Shown in pieces: positions 1 through 11,747 of a stretch of DNA of 64,000 nucleotides (positions are counted from its first letter, which is position 1; each line of letters begins with the position of its first letter). The position numbers were made by a program, and so were the translations under genes. The DNA comes from Candidatus Eiseniibacteriota bacterium. Its GTDB lineage: Bacteria > Eisenbacteria > RBG-16-71-46. The notes beneath the pieces were generated by a model. The model worked only from the letters and a program-made list of their open reading frames with translations. It did no database searches and had not been told where the DNA came from. The DNA is taken from assembly GCA_963717935.1 (NCBI GenBank), contig CAVQXP010000004.1:1184001-1248000 (forward strand). The letters run 5' to 3'.

Positions 1-1
1 C

Positions 2-685
2 CGGCAGTCGCGCCTCAATTTCAGCCTCGACCAGCGCCTGCAGGCCAAGCTCAAGCGCGGCGGAAACATCACGCGCCTGGACAACCTGCTGTCTTGGAGC
101 ATGGGGGGCTCGTACGACTTCCTCTACCGGGATCACGGGCTCGAGCACCCGCTCTCGAACCTCTCCTCGGGCGTGCTCCTGCAGCCGCCGGGTTACATGA
201 ACGCGAACCTGAGCTGGGTGACCGACGTCTACAATCCGCACCCGGTGCGCTCGCTCGGCTACAACCTGGGCCTGAACCTGGACAGCGGCGGGCTCAGGCG
301 CACCTCGCCCGACCTGCCGGTCGAGCAGCAGCCGGCGGCGGGCTCTGGCGAGAACTGGTCGCTGGGCTTCGCCTACTCCTACTCGGGCGGCTATGCGTGG
401 GACACGGAGTGGTCCAGCACGAAGACCGCGAACCTGGTGAGCCGCTACCAGTTGAGCCCGGCCTGGGCGTTCGAGTACGCCGCCTCCTTCGATCTCACGC
501 GCCACAGCGTGCAGACCCAGCGTTTCGTGCTGTCGCGCGACCTGCATTGCTGGCAGGCGGTCTTCACCCGGCTGTTCGTGGCGGGCGGCGAGGCCGAGTA
601 CTACTTCCGCATCGGCGTGAAGGACCAGAAGGAGATCTACCTGGAGCGCGGCACCCGCGTGGGCAGCCTCGGCGGGATCCAGTAG
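2..685 (+). CDS. lptD: LPS-assembly protein LptD, C-terminal part (5' end outside window)
   Basis: Open frame from window start; aromatic-rich beta-strands; RDLHCW motif typical of LptD_2-type C-termini. Confidence 0.75.
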   Translation, partial: RQSRLNFSLDQRLQAKLKRGGNITRLDNLLSWSMGGSYDFLYRDHGLEHPLSNLSSGVLLQPPGYMNANLSWVTDVYNPHPVRSLGYNLGLNLDSGGLRRTSPDLPVEQQPAAGSGENWSLGFAYSYSGGYAWDTEWSSTKTANLVSRYQLSPAWAFEYAASFDLTRHSVQTQRFVLSRDLHCWQAVFTRLFVAGGEAEYYFRIGVKDQKEIYLERGTRVGSLGGIQ

Positions 686-758
686 GACTTCCGCGCGCGA
701 TCCCGCAGCCGAGCGGCGCATCCAACCATCAACGGCCGCGCCCTCACCTGTGGGAACC

Positions 759-3121
<2,363 letters not shown>

Positions 3122-3125
<4 letters not shown>

Positions 3126-3283
3126 CGGGTCTCGGCCGCCTGATCGTGACCGTGCTCGGCCTGGGCCTGATCGTGGCCGTGAACCTGTACTTCTTCGCCC
3201 GGCCGCGGGACGGACGCCGGAAGCCGGTGATGCAGCCGGAGCGTGCCGGGGAGACCGGGGCGGGGCCCGCCGACCAGGCTTGA
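3122..3283 (+). CDS. Small single-TM protein (53 aa), coupled to copA
   Basis: ATGA overlap with copA stop; [27 protein letters not shown] hydrophobic segment. Confidence 0.6.
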
Positions 3284-3332
3284 CCGGGCCGGGACAAGAA
3301 CCTCCTCCCCCCGCGCCAGCATCCAAGCAGCC

Positions 3333-3773
3333 ATGCGCCCGCCCGCCTTCCTCCTTCGTCGCGCCCTGACCGCGATCCTGGCGGTCAGCCCGCTCGTCGC
3401 GAGCGCCGACCTCTGCACCGTCGGCGCGCTCACGGGACGCGCGGAGCTGGCGTGCTCGATGGAGCCCGGCGCGCCCGCCTGCCGGGTGGCGCCTGCGCCG
3501 AAATGTTCGCACTGCGCTCCGGCAGCCCCGGCGCGCGAGACCGCGCGTTCGCACGGTCCGACCTGTTGCGACTTGCGCCCGCAGGCCGCGGCCGTGGCCG
3601 GGCAGCCGATGCTCGCCGCGCCGCTGCCGATCGCGCATCCCGCGGTGGTTTCGGCGGTCGTGGCCCCCGGCGTCGTCACGGCGTCAGCGGTCCGTGTTGC
3701 GCCCGACGACGGCCGCGCTCCTCCGGGCGACGTCCCGGCCCCCCTCTCTCCCCGCGCTCCTCCGCTCGCCTAG
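3333..3773 (+). CDS. Cys-rich exported leader protein with C-terminal RAPP motifs (CruR/CutF/DUF2946-like)
   Basis: Signal-like N-terminus, CSHC and CC motifs, GRAPP and SPRAPPLA* at the end, directly upstream of a heavy-metal RND operon. Confidence 0.7.
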   Translation: MRPPAFLLRRALTAILAVSPLVASADLCTVGALTGRAELACSMEPGAPACRVAPAPKCSHCAPAAPARETARSHGPTCCDLRPQAAAVAGQPMLAAPLPIAHPAVVSAVVAPGVVTASAVRVAPDDGRAPPGDVPAPLSPRAPPLA

Positions 3774-3905
3774 TCTCCAGCCGTCCCCCGGGTCTCGACC
3801 TTCATCGGGCCCGGCCCGCGCGCATCCTGCGCTCGGGGTCCCTGCGGCCTTCGCGTGCCCTGCAGAGCGCAGCGCACCGCGGGGCCCGGCGAGAGGAGTG
3901 ACGTC

Positions 3906-5204
3906 ATGAGCCCACGTACGGCGCTGCTCGCCGTGCTGCTCGTCCTGGCCGGCGTCCGGCCGGCGCTGGCGCTCGAGCTCGAGAGCGCGCTGCGCGAGGA
4001 CGGGCGGATCGCGCCGTCTCCGGACGAGCTCGCCGCGCTGGCGCTCCAGCGCGCTCCCTCCCTGGCGGCGCTCGCGGCGCGCGTCCAGGAGGCGCGGGAG
4101 ATGGTGCGGCCGGCCGGGGCGCTTCCCAACCCGATGGTCGAGCTCATGATCCAGGACATCGGCTTCCCCAGGTGGACCGTCGGCGAAGAGGGCATGTCGA
4201 TGATCGGCCCGCAGGTCACCCAGGGCATCCCCTTCCCGGGCAAGCGCGGCGCCCGCCGGCGGGCCGCGCAGGCAGACGTCACCGTGAAGGCGAGCGAGCT
4301 CGAGCTGCTCCGGAGGGAGGTGGCCCTCGACATCCGGAGGCTCTGCGCCCGGCTCTATGCGCTCGACCAGGAACAGCAGGCGCTTTCCTCCGGACACGAG
4401 CTGCTCGAGATGCTGGCGGCCACGGTGCGGGAACGTTACAGCGCCGGCGTGGCGGAGCAGGAAGCCGCGATCAAGGCGCAACTCGCGGTATCGCGGCTGG
4501 ACGAGCGGCTGGACGACCTGGTCGCGGAACGCAGGGCCCTGGTGGCCTCCGTGAACCGGTACCTGGACCAGCCGGGCGACGCACCGCTCGGACGCGTGAC
4601 GACATTGCCCGAGCCAGGCGCGCCGCCCACGCCCTGGGAGGCCGTCGTCATGGAGAACTCCCCCGAGATCGTCCTGCGCCGGGCCGAAGTGCAGGCTGCG
4701 GAGCGCAGACTCCGGGTGGCCCGGCTGGAGCTCAGGCCCGACCTCCTCGTCGGCGCGGGTCTTGGCTTCCGGGGCGGCAAGGACCCGGCCGTCACGCTCC
4801 GGCTGGGCATGGACCTGCCCCTCTGGAGCGCGCAGCGGCAGATGCCCATGTTCCGCGCGGCTGGACAGGACCTCGAGGCGTCACGTCAGGTGCTGCGCGA
4901 CGCCGAAGCCCGGGCGCGGGCCGAGACGGCGCGTCTGGAGGCGGACTGGCGGAGAGCGGCCAGACAGGTGACGCGCTACGCGCAGGCCATCGTGCCCCGG
5001 AGCAGCCTGGCGCTCGATGCGGCGCGCTCCAGCTACCTCGTGGGCCGGGGTGACTTCTCCGCGGTCATCGAGGACTTCAACCTGTGGCTCGAGGCCCGGA
5101 CCGGGCTGGCCCGGCGCGAAGCCGAGCGCTTCACGACGTGGGCCGAGCTGCAGGCCATCATCGGCTCGAGCGGTCCCGGAGACGACGGCAGGAGGGGACG
5201 ATGA
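3906..5204 (+). CDS. TolC/CusC-family outer membrane efflux protein
   Basis: SD AGGAG; signal peptide; LPNP and QxIPFPGK motifs; helical OEP pattern; first gene of the RND operon. Confidence 0.9.
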   Translation: MSPRTALLAVLLVLAGVRPALALELESALREDGRIAPSPDELAALALQRAPSLAALAARVQEAREMVRPAGALPNPMVELMIQDIGFPRWTVGEEGMSMIGPQVTQGIPFPGKRGARRRAAQADVTVKASELELLRREVALDIRRLCARLYALDQEQQALSSGHELLEMLAATVRERYSAGVAEQEAAIKAQLAVSRLDERLDDLVAERRALVASVNRYLDQPGDAPLGRVTTLPEPGAPPTPWEAVVMENSPEIVLRRAEVQAAERRLRVARLELRPDLLVGAGLGFRGGKDPAVTLRLGMDLPLWSAQRQMPMFRAAGQDLEASRQVLRDAEARARAETARLEADWRRAARQVTRYAQAIVPRSSLALDAARSSYLVGRGDFSAVIEDFNLWLEARTGLARREAERFTTWAELQAIIGSSGPGDDGRRGR

Positions 5205-6679
5205 TCCATCTCGAACGAAGGACCCGGCGACGGAGGTTGTCGCTCGTCCCTCTCGCGGTCGGGCTCCTGGCGATCGGGCTCCTGGCGATCGGGACGCTGG
5301 CGGCCGGCTGCGGCAGGAACAGCGGCAGCGGCAAGACCGGCAGCCAGCAGCAGCAGCAGTACCACTGCCCCATGCATCCGACCTACGTGACCGACCGGCC
5401 GGGAGACTGCCCCATCTGCGGGATGAAGCTCGTGCCGATCGGACCGAAGGAGCCGAAGGTCCCTGCCGGGCCGTCCGCCCCGGCGGGCGCTGCGACCGCG
5501 GCCGCCGGGGCGCGCCGGATCCTCCACTACCGGAACCCGATGGACCCGTCGGTCACGTCGCCGGTGCCGATGAAGGACCCGATGGGGATGGACTACGTGC
5601 CGGTCTACTCGGACGAGGTGCCCGCGGGCGCCGGCGTGGAAGGCCATGCCCCGGTGGAAGTGAGTCCCGAGGAGTCGGGACTCGCCGGCCTTCGGACCAC
5701 CGTGGCCCGAAGGGGAACGCTGGCTCGCGCCATCCGCACGGTCGGTGAGGTCAAGGCCGACGAGACGCGGGTCAGCAAGGTGCACTCCAAGATCTCGGGG
5801 TGGGCCGAGCGGCTGTTCGTCAGCTTCACCGGCCAGGCCGTCCGCAAGGGCCAGCCGCTGCTGAGCATCTACTCCCCCGAACTGCTGGCGACCCAGGAGG
5901 AGTTCCTGCGCGCGCGCGAATCGGCGGCGCGGTTCGCGCAGAACGACATGCCCGAGGTGCGGCGTGGCGGCGCGGATCTGCTGGAGGCGGCGCGACGGCG
6001 GCTCCTGCTGTTCGACGTGCCGCAGAGCTTCATCGACACGCTGGAGAGGACGGGACAGCCGCAACGCGCGGTCACGCTCGAGGCCCCCGCCTCGGGCTTC
6101 GTCACCGCGAAGGACGTCTTCGCGGGCGCCCGGATCGAACCCGGTGTCACGCTGTTCACGATCACCGACCTGTCGAAGGTCTGGGTCGAGGGTGAGGTCT
6201 ACGAATACGAGGCCCCGCTCGTCCGGCTCGGACAGAAGGCCCGGGTCACGCTCGCCTACGACCCGTCGAGGGCATACACGGGACGGATCCGTTACATCTA
6301 CCCGTACCTGAACACGGACACCCGCACGCTTCGGGTCCGCTTCGAGTTCGACAACCCCGGCCTGGCCCTGAAGCCCGGCATGTACGTCGACGTCGAGCTC
6401 GACGCGCAGGTGGTCCAGGGCGTCCTGGTCCCCGAGGCGTCCATCCTGGACACCGGCCCCCGGCAGATCGTCTACGTGATGACGGGCGAGGGGCGCTACG
6501 AGCCGCGCGAGGTGACCATCGGGCTCCGGAGCGGCGGCACGGCGCAGGTCCTCTCGGGGGTGAAGGCGGGCGAGGTGGTCGTGGACCGGGCCAACTTCCT
6601 GCTCGATTCGGAGTCCCGCCTCCGGGCCGCCATCGGGCGCTCGGCCGTCGCCGACACCGCCGGAAGTGGCGCGCGATGA
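5201..6679 (+). CDS. cusB: CusB-like RND periplasmic adaptor with heavy-metal-binding domains
   Basis: YHCPMHP..CPICGM and YRNPMDP..DPMGMDYVP domains; LKPGMY; FLLDSES. Confidence 0.9.
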   Translation: MIHLERRTRRRRLSLVPLAVGLLAIGLLAIGTLAAGCGRNSGSGKTGSQQQQQYHCPMHPTYVTDRPGDCPICGMKLVPIGPKEPKVPAGPSAPAGAATAAAGARRILHYRNPMDPSVTSPVPMKDPMGMDYVPVYSDEVPAGAGVEGHAPVEVSPEESGLAGLRTTVARRGTLARAIRTVGEVKADETRVSKVHSKISGWAERLFVSFTGQAVRKGQPLLSIYSPELLATQEEFLRARESAARFAQNDMPEVRRGGADLLEAARRRLLLFDVPQSFIDTLERTGQPQRAVTLEAPASGFVTAKDVFAGARIEPGVTLFTITDLSKVWVEGEVYEYEAPLVRLGQKARVTLAYDPSRAYTGRIRYIYPYLNTDTRTLRVRFEFDNPGLALKPGMYVDVELDAQVVQGVLVPEASILDTGPRQIVYVMTGEGRYEPREVTIGLRSGGTAQVLSGVKAGEVVVDRANFLLDSESRLRAAIGRSAVADTAGSGAR

Positions 6680-9600
6680 TCCAGAAGATCATCGAGTTCT
6701 CGGCCCGGAACCGCCTGCTCGTGCTGCTGGGCGTGGCGGCGCTCTGCGTCTTCGCGTTCTACACCCTGAAGCAGATCCGGCTCGACGCGCTGCCCGATCT
6801 CTCCGACACCCAGGTCATCGTCTACTCGCGCTGGGACAGGTCCCCCGACATCATCGAGGATCAGGTCACCTATCCCGTCGTCACGGCGCTGCTGGGGGCG
6901 CCTCGCGTCAAGGCGGTTCGCGGCTTCTCGGACTTCGGCTACTCCTTCGTCTACGTGATCTTCCAGGATGGCACCGATCTCTACTGGGCGCGCTCCCGGG
7001 TTCTGGAGTACCTGTCCAAGATCCAGGCGCGGCTCCCGGAGGGCGTGCACACCGAACTCGGGCCGGACGCGACGGGGGTGGGCTGGGTCTTCCAGTACGC
7101 CCTGGTCGACCGTTCCGGCAAGCACTCGCTCGACCAGCTCCGCTCGTACCAGGACTGGACGCTCCGCTACGCGCTCCAGATGGTGCCCGGTGTCGCCGAG
7201 GTGGCCTCCATCGGCGGCTACGTCAAGCAGTATCAGATCACCGTGGACCCCGACCGGCTCGCCGCGTTCGGCCTGCCACTCTCCACCGTGGTCGAGGCCA
7301 TCCGGAACTCCAACAGCGAGGTCGGCGGCCGGCTCATCGAGTGGAGCGGCACGGAGTACATGGTGCGGGGCCGCGGCTACTCGAAGAGCGTCGAGGACTT
7401 CGGAAGCATCGTCGTGAAGACCGGCGAGGGTGGCGTGCCGGTGCTCCTGAGGGACGTGGCGCGGGTCGGCCTGGGTCCCGAGATCCGCCGCGGCGTGTCC
7501 GACCTGGATGGGATGGGCGATCACGTCGGCGGCATCGTGGTCATGCGCCACGGTGAGAACGCCCTGAACGTGATCAAGCGGGTCAAGGAGAGGCTCCACG
7601 ATCTCGGGCCGTCGCTTCCCGCAGGGGTGGAGATCGTCACCACCTACGACCGGGCGGACCTCGTCACCCGGGCCATCGGGACGCTGAAGCACGAGCTGTC
7701 GATCGAGATGATCATCGTCTCGCTGGTCATCCTGCTCTTTCTCTGGCACATCCCGTCGGCCATCGTGCCCATCCTGACCATCCCCATCGCGGTGCTCCTG
7801 TCCTTCATCCCGCTCTTCTACTTCGGCGTCTCCGTCAACATCATGTCCCTGGCCGGCATCGCGATCTCGATCGGCGTGCTGGTGGACGGGGCCATCGTCG
7901 AGGTGGAGAACGCCTACAACAAGCTCCATCTCTGGAACGCCGGCGGCCGGAAGGGCGACTTCCACGCCGTCCGGCTCGAGGCGCTCAAGGAGGTGGGGCC
8001 GGCGGTCTTCTTCTCGCTGCTGGTCGTCGCGGTGTCGTTCCTTCCCATCTTCGCCCTGGTGGACCAGGAAGGGCGGCTGTTCAAGCCGCTGGCCTACTCG
8101 AAGAACCTGACCATGGCGCTGGCGGCGTTCCTGGCCATCACCCTCGATCCGGCCATGCGGATGATGTTCACCCGCATGGACCCGTTCGTCTTCAAGCCCC
8201 GATTCCTGGCCCGGCTCGCCAGCCACGCCTTCGTGGGCACCTACCATTCCGAGGAGAAGCACCCCATCAGTCGCGCCATCTCCAGGGTGTACGACCCCGC
8301 CTGCCGCTGGGTCCTGCGGCGCCCCCGGACGACCATCCTGATCGCCGTCGCGATCGTCGCCGTGAGCATCCCCGCCTATTTCAGGCTCGGCTCGGAGTTC
8401 ATGCCCCCGCTCAACGAAGGCACGATCCTCTACATGCCGACGACCCTGCCCGGGATCGCGGTGGCCGAGGCCCAGGCGCTCCTGCAGACCCAGGACCGGG
8501 TCCTCAAGTCGTTCCCCGAGGTGGAACGGGTCTTCGGCAAGGCGGGCCGCGCCGAGACCTCCACCGACCCCGCGCCCTTCTCGATGATGGAGACGACGGT
8601 GATCCTGAAGCCGCCGCAGGAGTGGCGTGGCAAGGAACGCTGGTATTCCTCCTGGGCGCCCGGCTGGCTCAGGGGATTCCTCCGCCCCATCTGGCCCGAC
8701 CGGATCTCGTGGGATGAGCTGGTCGAGGAGATGGACCGGAAGCTGCAGATCCCGGGCGTGACCAACGCCTGGACCATGCCGATCAAGGCCCGCACCGACA
8801 TGCTGACGACCGGGGTCCGCACCCCGATCGGGATCAAGATCTTCGGCTCGGATCTCGGGGAGATCGAGAAGCTGGGTGGCCAGCTCGAGGGCCTGATGCG
8901 GCAGGTGCCCGGCACCCGCAGCGTCTACGCCGAGCGGGTGACCGGCGGCTACTTCCTCGACTTCGAGCCCCGGCGGGACCGGCTCGCCCGCTACGGGCTC
9001 ACCATCGCGGATGTCCAGAGGGTGCTCATGTCGGCCGTGGGCGGCGAGAACGTGACCACCACCATCGAGGGCCGTGAACGCTACCCGGTCAACGTGCGCT
9101 ACCCCCGGGAGCTCCGGGACAACGTGGACCGTCTGCGAAGGGTCCTGGTGAAGACCCCCGCGGGACCGCAGGTGCCGCTGGCCCAGCTCGCCGACATCGA
9201 GCTGGTCAGCGGGCCGGCGATGATCCGGGACGAGAACGGCTTCATGGCGGGCTACGTCTACGTGGACATGACCGGCCGGGACATCGGCGGCTACGTGAAG
9301 GAGGCCAGGAAGCTCGTCCGGGAGAAGCTGACTCTGCCCCCCGGCTATGCGCTGCAGTGGAGCGGCCAGTACGAGAACATGATCCGCGTGAGCCGACGGC
9401 TCAAGGTCGTCGTGCCCATCACGCTGGTGCTGATCTTCGTACTGCTGTTCGCCAACACCCGCTCGGCGTTCAAGACGCTGGTCGTGATGCTGGCCGTGCC
9501 GTTCTCCGCCGTGGGCGCCATCTGGCTCTTCCACTTCCTGGGCTACAACGTGTCCATCGCGGCGTGGGTGGGGATGATCGCGCTCCTGGGCCTGGATGCG

Positions 9601-9930
9601 GAGACGGGCGTGTTCATGCTGCTCTTCCTGGACCTCTCCTACGACGAGTACCGCAGGAAAGGGCTGCTGCGGACCCTGGCCGATCTGGACGAGGCCATCC
9701 TGCACGGGGCGGTCAAGCGGGCGCGACCCAAGATGATGACCGTCTTCGCCGCCTTCATGGGCCTGCTCCCCATCATGTGGTCGACGTCGGCCGGGGCGGA
9801 CGTGATGAAGCGGATCGCCGCGCCCATGATCGGCGGCCTGGTCACGTCGTTCCTGCTCGAGCTGCTGGTCTACCCGGCGATCTACAAGCTCTGGAAGCTG
9901 AGGACGGAACTGAAGGGGCTCACCCCATGA
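6676..9930 (+). CDS. cusA: CusA/CzcA-family heavy-metal efflux RND transporter
   Basis: LDALPDLSDTQV, LGPDATGVGW, EFMPPLNEG..LYMP, RPKMMT, MKRIAAPMIGG. Confidence 0.95.
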   Translation: MIQKIIEFSARNRLLVLLGVAALCVFAFYTLKQIRLDALPDLSDTQVIVYSRWDRSPDIIEDQVTYPVVTALLGAPRVKAVRGFSDFGYSFVYVIFQDGTDLYWARSRVLEYLSKIQARLPEGVHTELGPDATGVGWVFQYALVDRSGKHSLDQLRSYQDWTLRYALQMVPGVAEVASIGGYVKQYQITVDPDRLAAFGLPLSTVVEAIRNSNSEVGGRLIEWSGTEYMVRGRGYSKSVEDFGSIVVKTGEGGVPVLLRDVARVGLGPEIRRGVSDLDGMGDHVGGIVVMRHGENALNVIKRVKERLHDLGPSLPAGVEIVTTYDRADLVTRAIGTLKHELSIEMIIVSLVILLFLWHIPSAIVPILTIPIAVLLSFIPLFYFGVSVNIMSLAGIAISIGVLVDGAIVEVENAYNKLHLWNAGGRKGDFHAVRLEALKEVGPAVFFSLLVVAVSFLPIFALVDQEGRLFKPLAYSKNLTMALAAFLAITLDPAMRMMFTRMDPFVFKPRFLARLASHAFVGTYHSEEKHPISRAISRVYDPACRWVLRRPRTTILIAVAIVAVSIPAYFRLGSEFMPPLNEGTILYMPTTLPGIAVAEAQALLQTQDRVLKSFPEVERVFGKAGRAETSTDPAPFSMMETTVILKPPQEWRGKERWYSSWAPGWLRGFLRPIWPDRISWDELVEEMDRKLQIPGVTNAWTMPIKARTDMLTTGVRTPIGIKIFGSDLGEIEKLGGQLEGLMRQVPGTRSVYAERVTGGYFLDFEPRRDRLARYGLTIADVQRVLMSAVGGENVTTTIEGRERYPVNVRYPRELRDNVDRLRRVLVKTPAGPQVPLAQLADIELVSGPAMIRDENGFMAGYVYVDMTGRDIGGYVKEARKLVREKLTLPPGYALQWSGQYENMIRVSRRLKVVVPITLVLIFVLLFANTRSAFKTLVVMLAVPFSAVGAIWLFHFLGYNVSIAAWVGMIALLGLDAETGVFMLLFLDLSYDEYRRKGLLRTLADLDEAILHGAVKRARPKMMTVFAAFMGLLPIMWSTSAGADVMKRIAAPMIGGLVTSFLLELLVYPAIYKLWKLRTELKGLTP

Positions 9931-9946
9931 TCCGAGGAGGGAAATC

Positions 9947-10291
9947 ATGAAGATGAACACGAGGACCTTGGCGACGGCCGCGTTGCTGATGCTGGCGGTG
10001 GGTTGCTCGAGCGCGGGTGCGGCCCGCGAACAGCGTGTGAAGATCGCGGTGACCGAGAAGGGCTTCGAGCCGGCCTCCGTGACGGTGCAGTCGGGCCGGC
10101 CCGTCACGCTGCTCGTCACGCGCCGGACCGATCACACCTGCGCGACCGGGCTCGTGCTCAAGACGCACGGCATCGACCAGAAGCTGCCACTGGGGAAGAC
10201 GGTGGCCATCCGCTTCACGCCCGAGCGGCCCGGCGAGCTGACCTATGCCTGCCCGATGGACATGTACCACGGGAAGATCGTGGTGCGGTGA
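9947..10291 (+). CDS. Cupredoxin-domain lipoprotein (CupA-like)
   Basis: SD GAGGAGG; lipobox LAVGC; GFEP, C and YACPMDM copper-ligand pattern. Confidence 0.8.
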   Translation: MKMNTRTLATAALLMLAVGCSSAGAAREQRVKIAVTEKGFEPASVTVQSGRPVTLLVTRRTDHTCATGLVLKTHGIDQKLPLGKTVAIRFTPERPGELTYACPMDMYHGKIVVR

Positions 10292-10334
10292 CCCGGTCTG
10301 CCACCCCGGCCGGGCGAGCCGGCCGGAAAACGAG

Positions 10335-10371
10335 CCACCCCGCTCGCCTCACGGTGAGCGGGGTGGATTTT
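10335..10371 (+). terminator. Intrinsic terminator after the copper operon
   Basis: CCACCCCGCTCGCC-tcac-GGTGAGCGGGGTGG followed by ATTTT. Confidence 0.7.
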
Positions 10372-10671
10372 CGGGAGAGGCATCCAAGGTCTCGGGGGCC
10401 GCACCCAAGGGTCCTCAGACACTCTCTCCCAAACCTATGCCTTCCCCCGTGCTTTCCGATGCCGGGATGTCCGGTAGGATTCGGGGGATTCGGGGAGGCC
10501 GGAGGCCGGGCCCGAGGCACGCGGCCCGGCAGGTGATGCAGGCCCGCGCATCCGGCGGGTTCCGAGGTCGAGTCCGCTGGCTCCCGCGCCGCGCCGGGAG
10601 TATCGTCGCGGCAAGTTGCCTGGCCGCCAGCGTGCGCTGGCCCGAGACGGACGCCTCCAAGGAAGGACTTC

Positions 10672-11709
10672 ATGAGCGTTCTGCGCCGCGACCCCACCAC
10701 GAATCGCTGGGTGATCTTCGGAGATCCGCCCCCCCCGGTCCGCACGCCGGGAGATTTCTGCCCCTTCTGCGCGGGACACGAGTCCATGACGCCGCCCGAG
10801 ATCGTCGCCTGGGGCCGGCCCGACGGCCGCCCCGACGTGCCGGGCTGGCAGGTTCGCGTGGTGCCCAACGCGCGCCCGCTCCTGCACATCGAGAGCGCGC
10901 TCGAGCGCCACGCCGACCTGATCTACGACACGACCTCCGGCACCGGCGCGCACGAGATCGTGATCGAGACGCCGGAGCACCATCGCAGCCTTGTCGCGCT
11001 GCCGAAGGCGCAGGTCGCGCTGGTGCTGAAGGCCTGGGCGGAGCGCATCCGCGATCTCAAGAAGGATCCGCGCTTCCGCTCCATCTTCGTCTTCAAGAAC
11101 CAGGGGGCGCGGGCCGGGGCGTGGCTGCCCGACCACGCGCACTCGCAGGTCATGGGTCTGCCCGTGACGCCGAAGGCGCTCAAGGAGATCCTCGACGTCG
11201 CGCGCGCGCACTACCGCGACAAGGAGCGCTGCGTCTTCTGCGACATCCTGCGCGAGGAGCTGGAACACGGCCAGCGCCTGGTGCAGGTCACCGAGCACTT
11301 CGTGGCGCTGGCGCCCTACGCCTCACGCTACCCCTACGAGTACTGGATCCTGCCGCGGGAGCACTCCGCGGATTACGAGACCACCGAGCCCGCTCTGCTC
11401 GACGACCTGGCGGGGGTGCTGCTGACATCGCTGGCGCGGCTCGAGGACATCCTGCCCGAGCCGGCCTACAACCTGTTCCTCTACAGCAGCCCGAACCGCG
11501 ACGCGCGCAAGGCGTACTGGACCACGCTGGCTCAGGACTTCCACTGGCACATCGCGGTGATGCCGCGGCTGGTGCAGATGGCGGGCTTCGAGGTGGGCAG
11601 TGGTCTCTACGCGAACCCGGTGCTGCCCGAGGACGCGGCGCGCATACTGCGCCCCGAGACGCCCAGGGTGGACGACGAGGAGAGCCCGGCCACGCCTCCG
11701 CTGCCCTGA
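10672..11709 (+). CDS. galT: Galactose-1-phosphate uridylyltransferase
   Basis: RRDP..WVI, CPFC, G.HEIVIETP.H, HxHxQ (HAHSQ), FHWH. Confidence 0.9.
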   Translation: MSVLRRDPTTNRWVIFGDPPPPVRTPGDFCPFCAGHESMTPPEIVAWGRPDGRPDVPGWQVRVVPNARPLLHIESALERHADLIYDTTSGTGAHEIVIETPEHHRSLVALPKAQVALVLKAWAERIRDLKKDPRFRSIFVFKNQGARAGAWLPDHAHSQVMGLPVTPKALKEILDVARAHYRDKERCVFCDILREELEHGQRLVQVTEHFVALAPYASRYPYEYWILPREHSADYETTEPALLDDLAGVLLTSLARLEDILPEPAYNLFLYSSPNRDARKAYWTTLAQDFHWHIAVMPRLVQMAGFEVGSGLYANPVLPEDAARILRPETPRVDDEESPATPPLP

Positions 11710-11747
11710 GGACGCTGACTCATCCGCACGGGGGCCCGGCCTGGCTC

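Noticed and set aside
5345..5359. (CAG)5 repeat as a phase-variation tract
   Set aside because: Short in-frame poly-Gln linker in CusB.
6496..10119. Long antisense and alternative-frame ORFs (also 744-3638, 29273-32221, 60731-63820)
   Set aside because: Shadow ORFs of high-GC genes, Arg/Ala/Gly/Pro-rich and without motifs.
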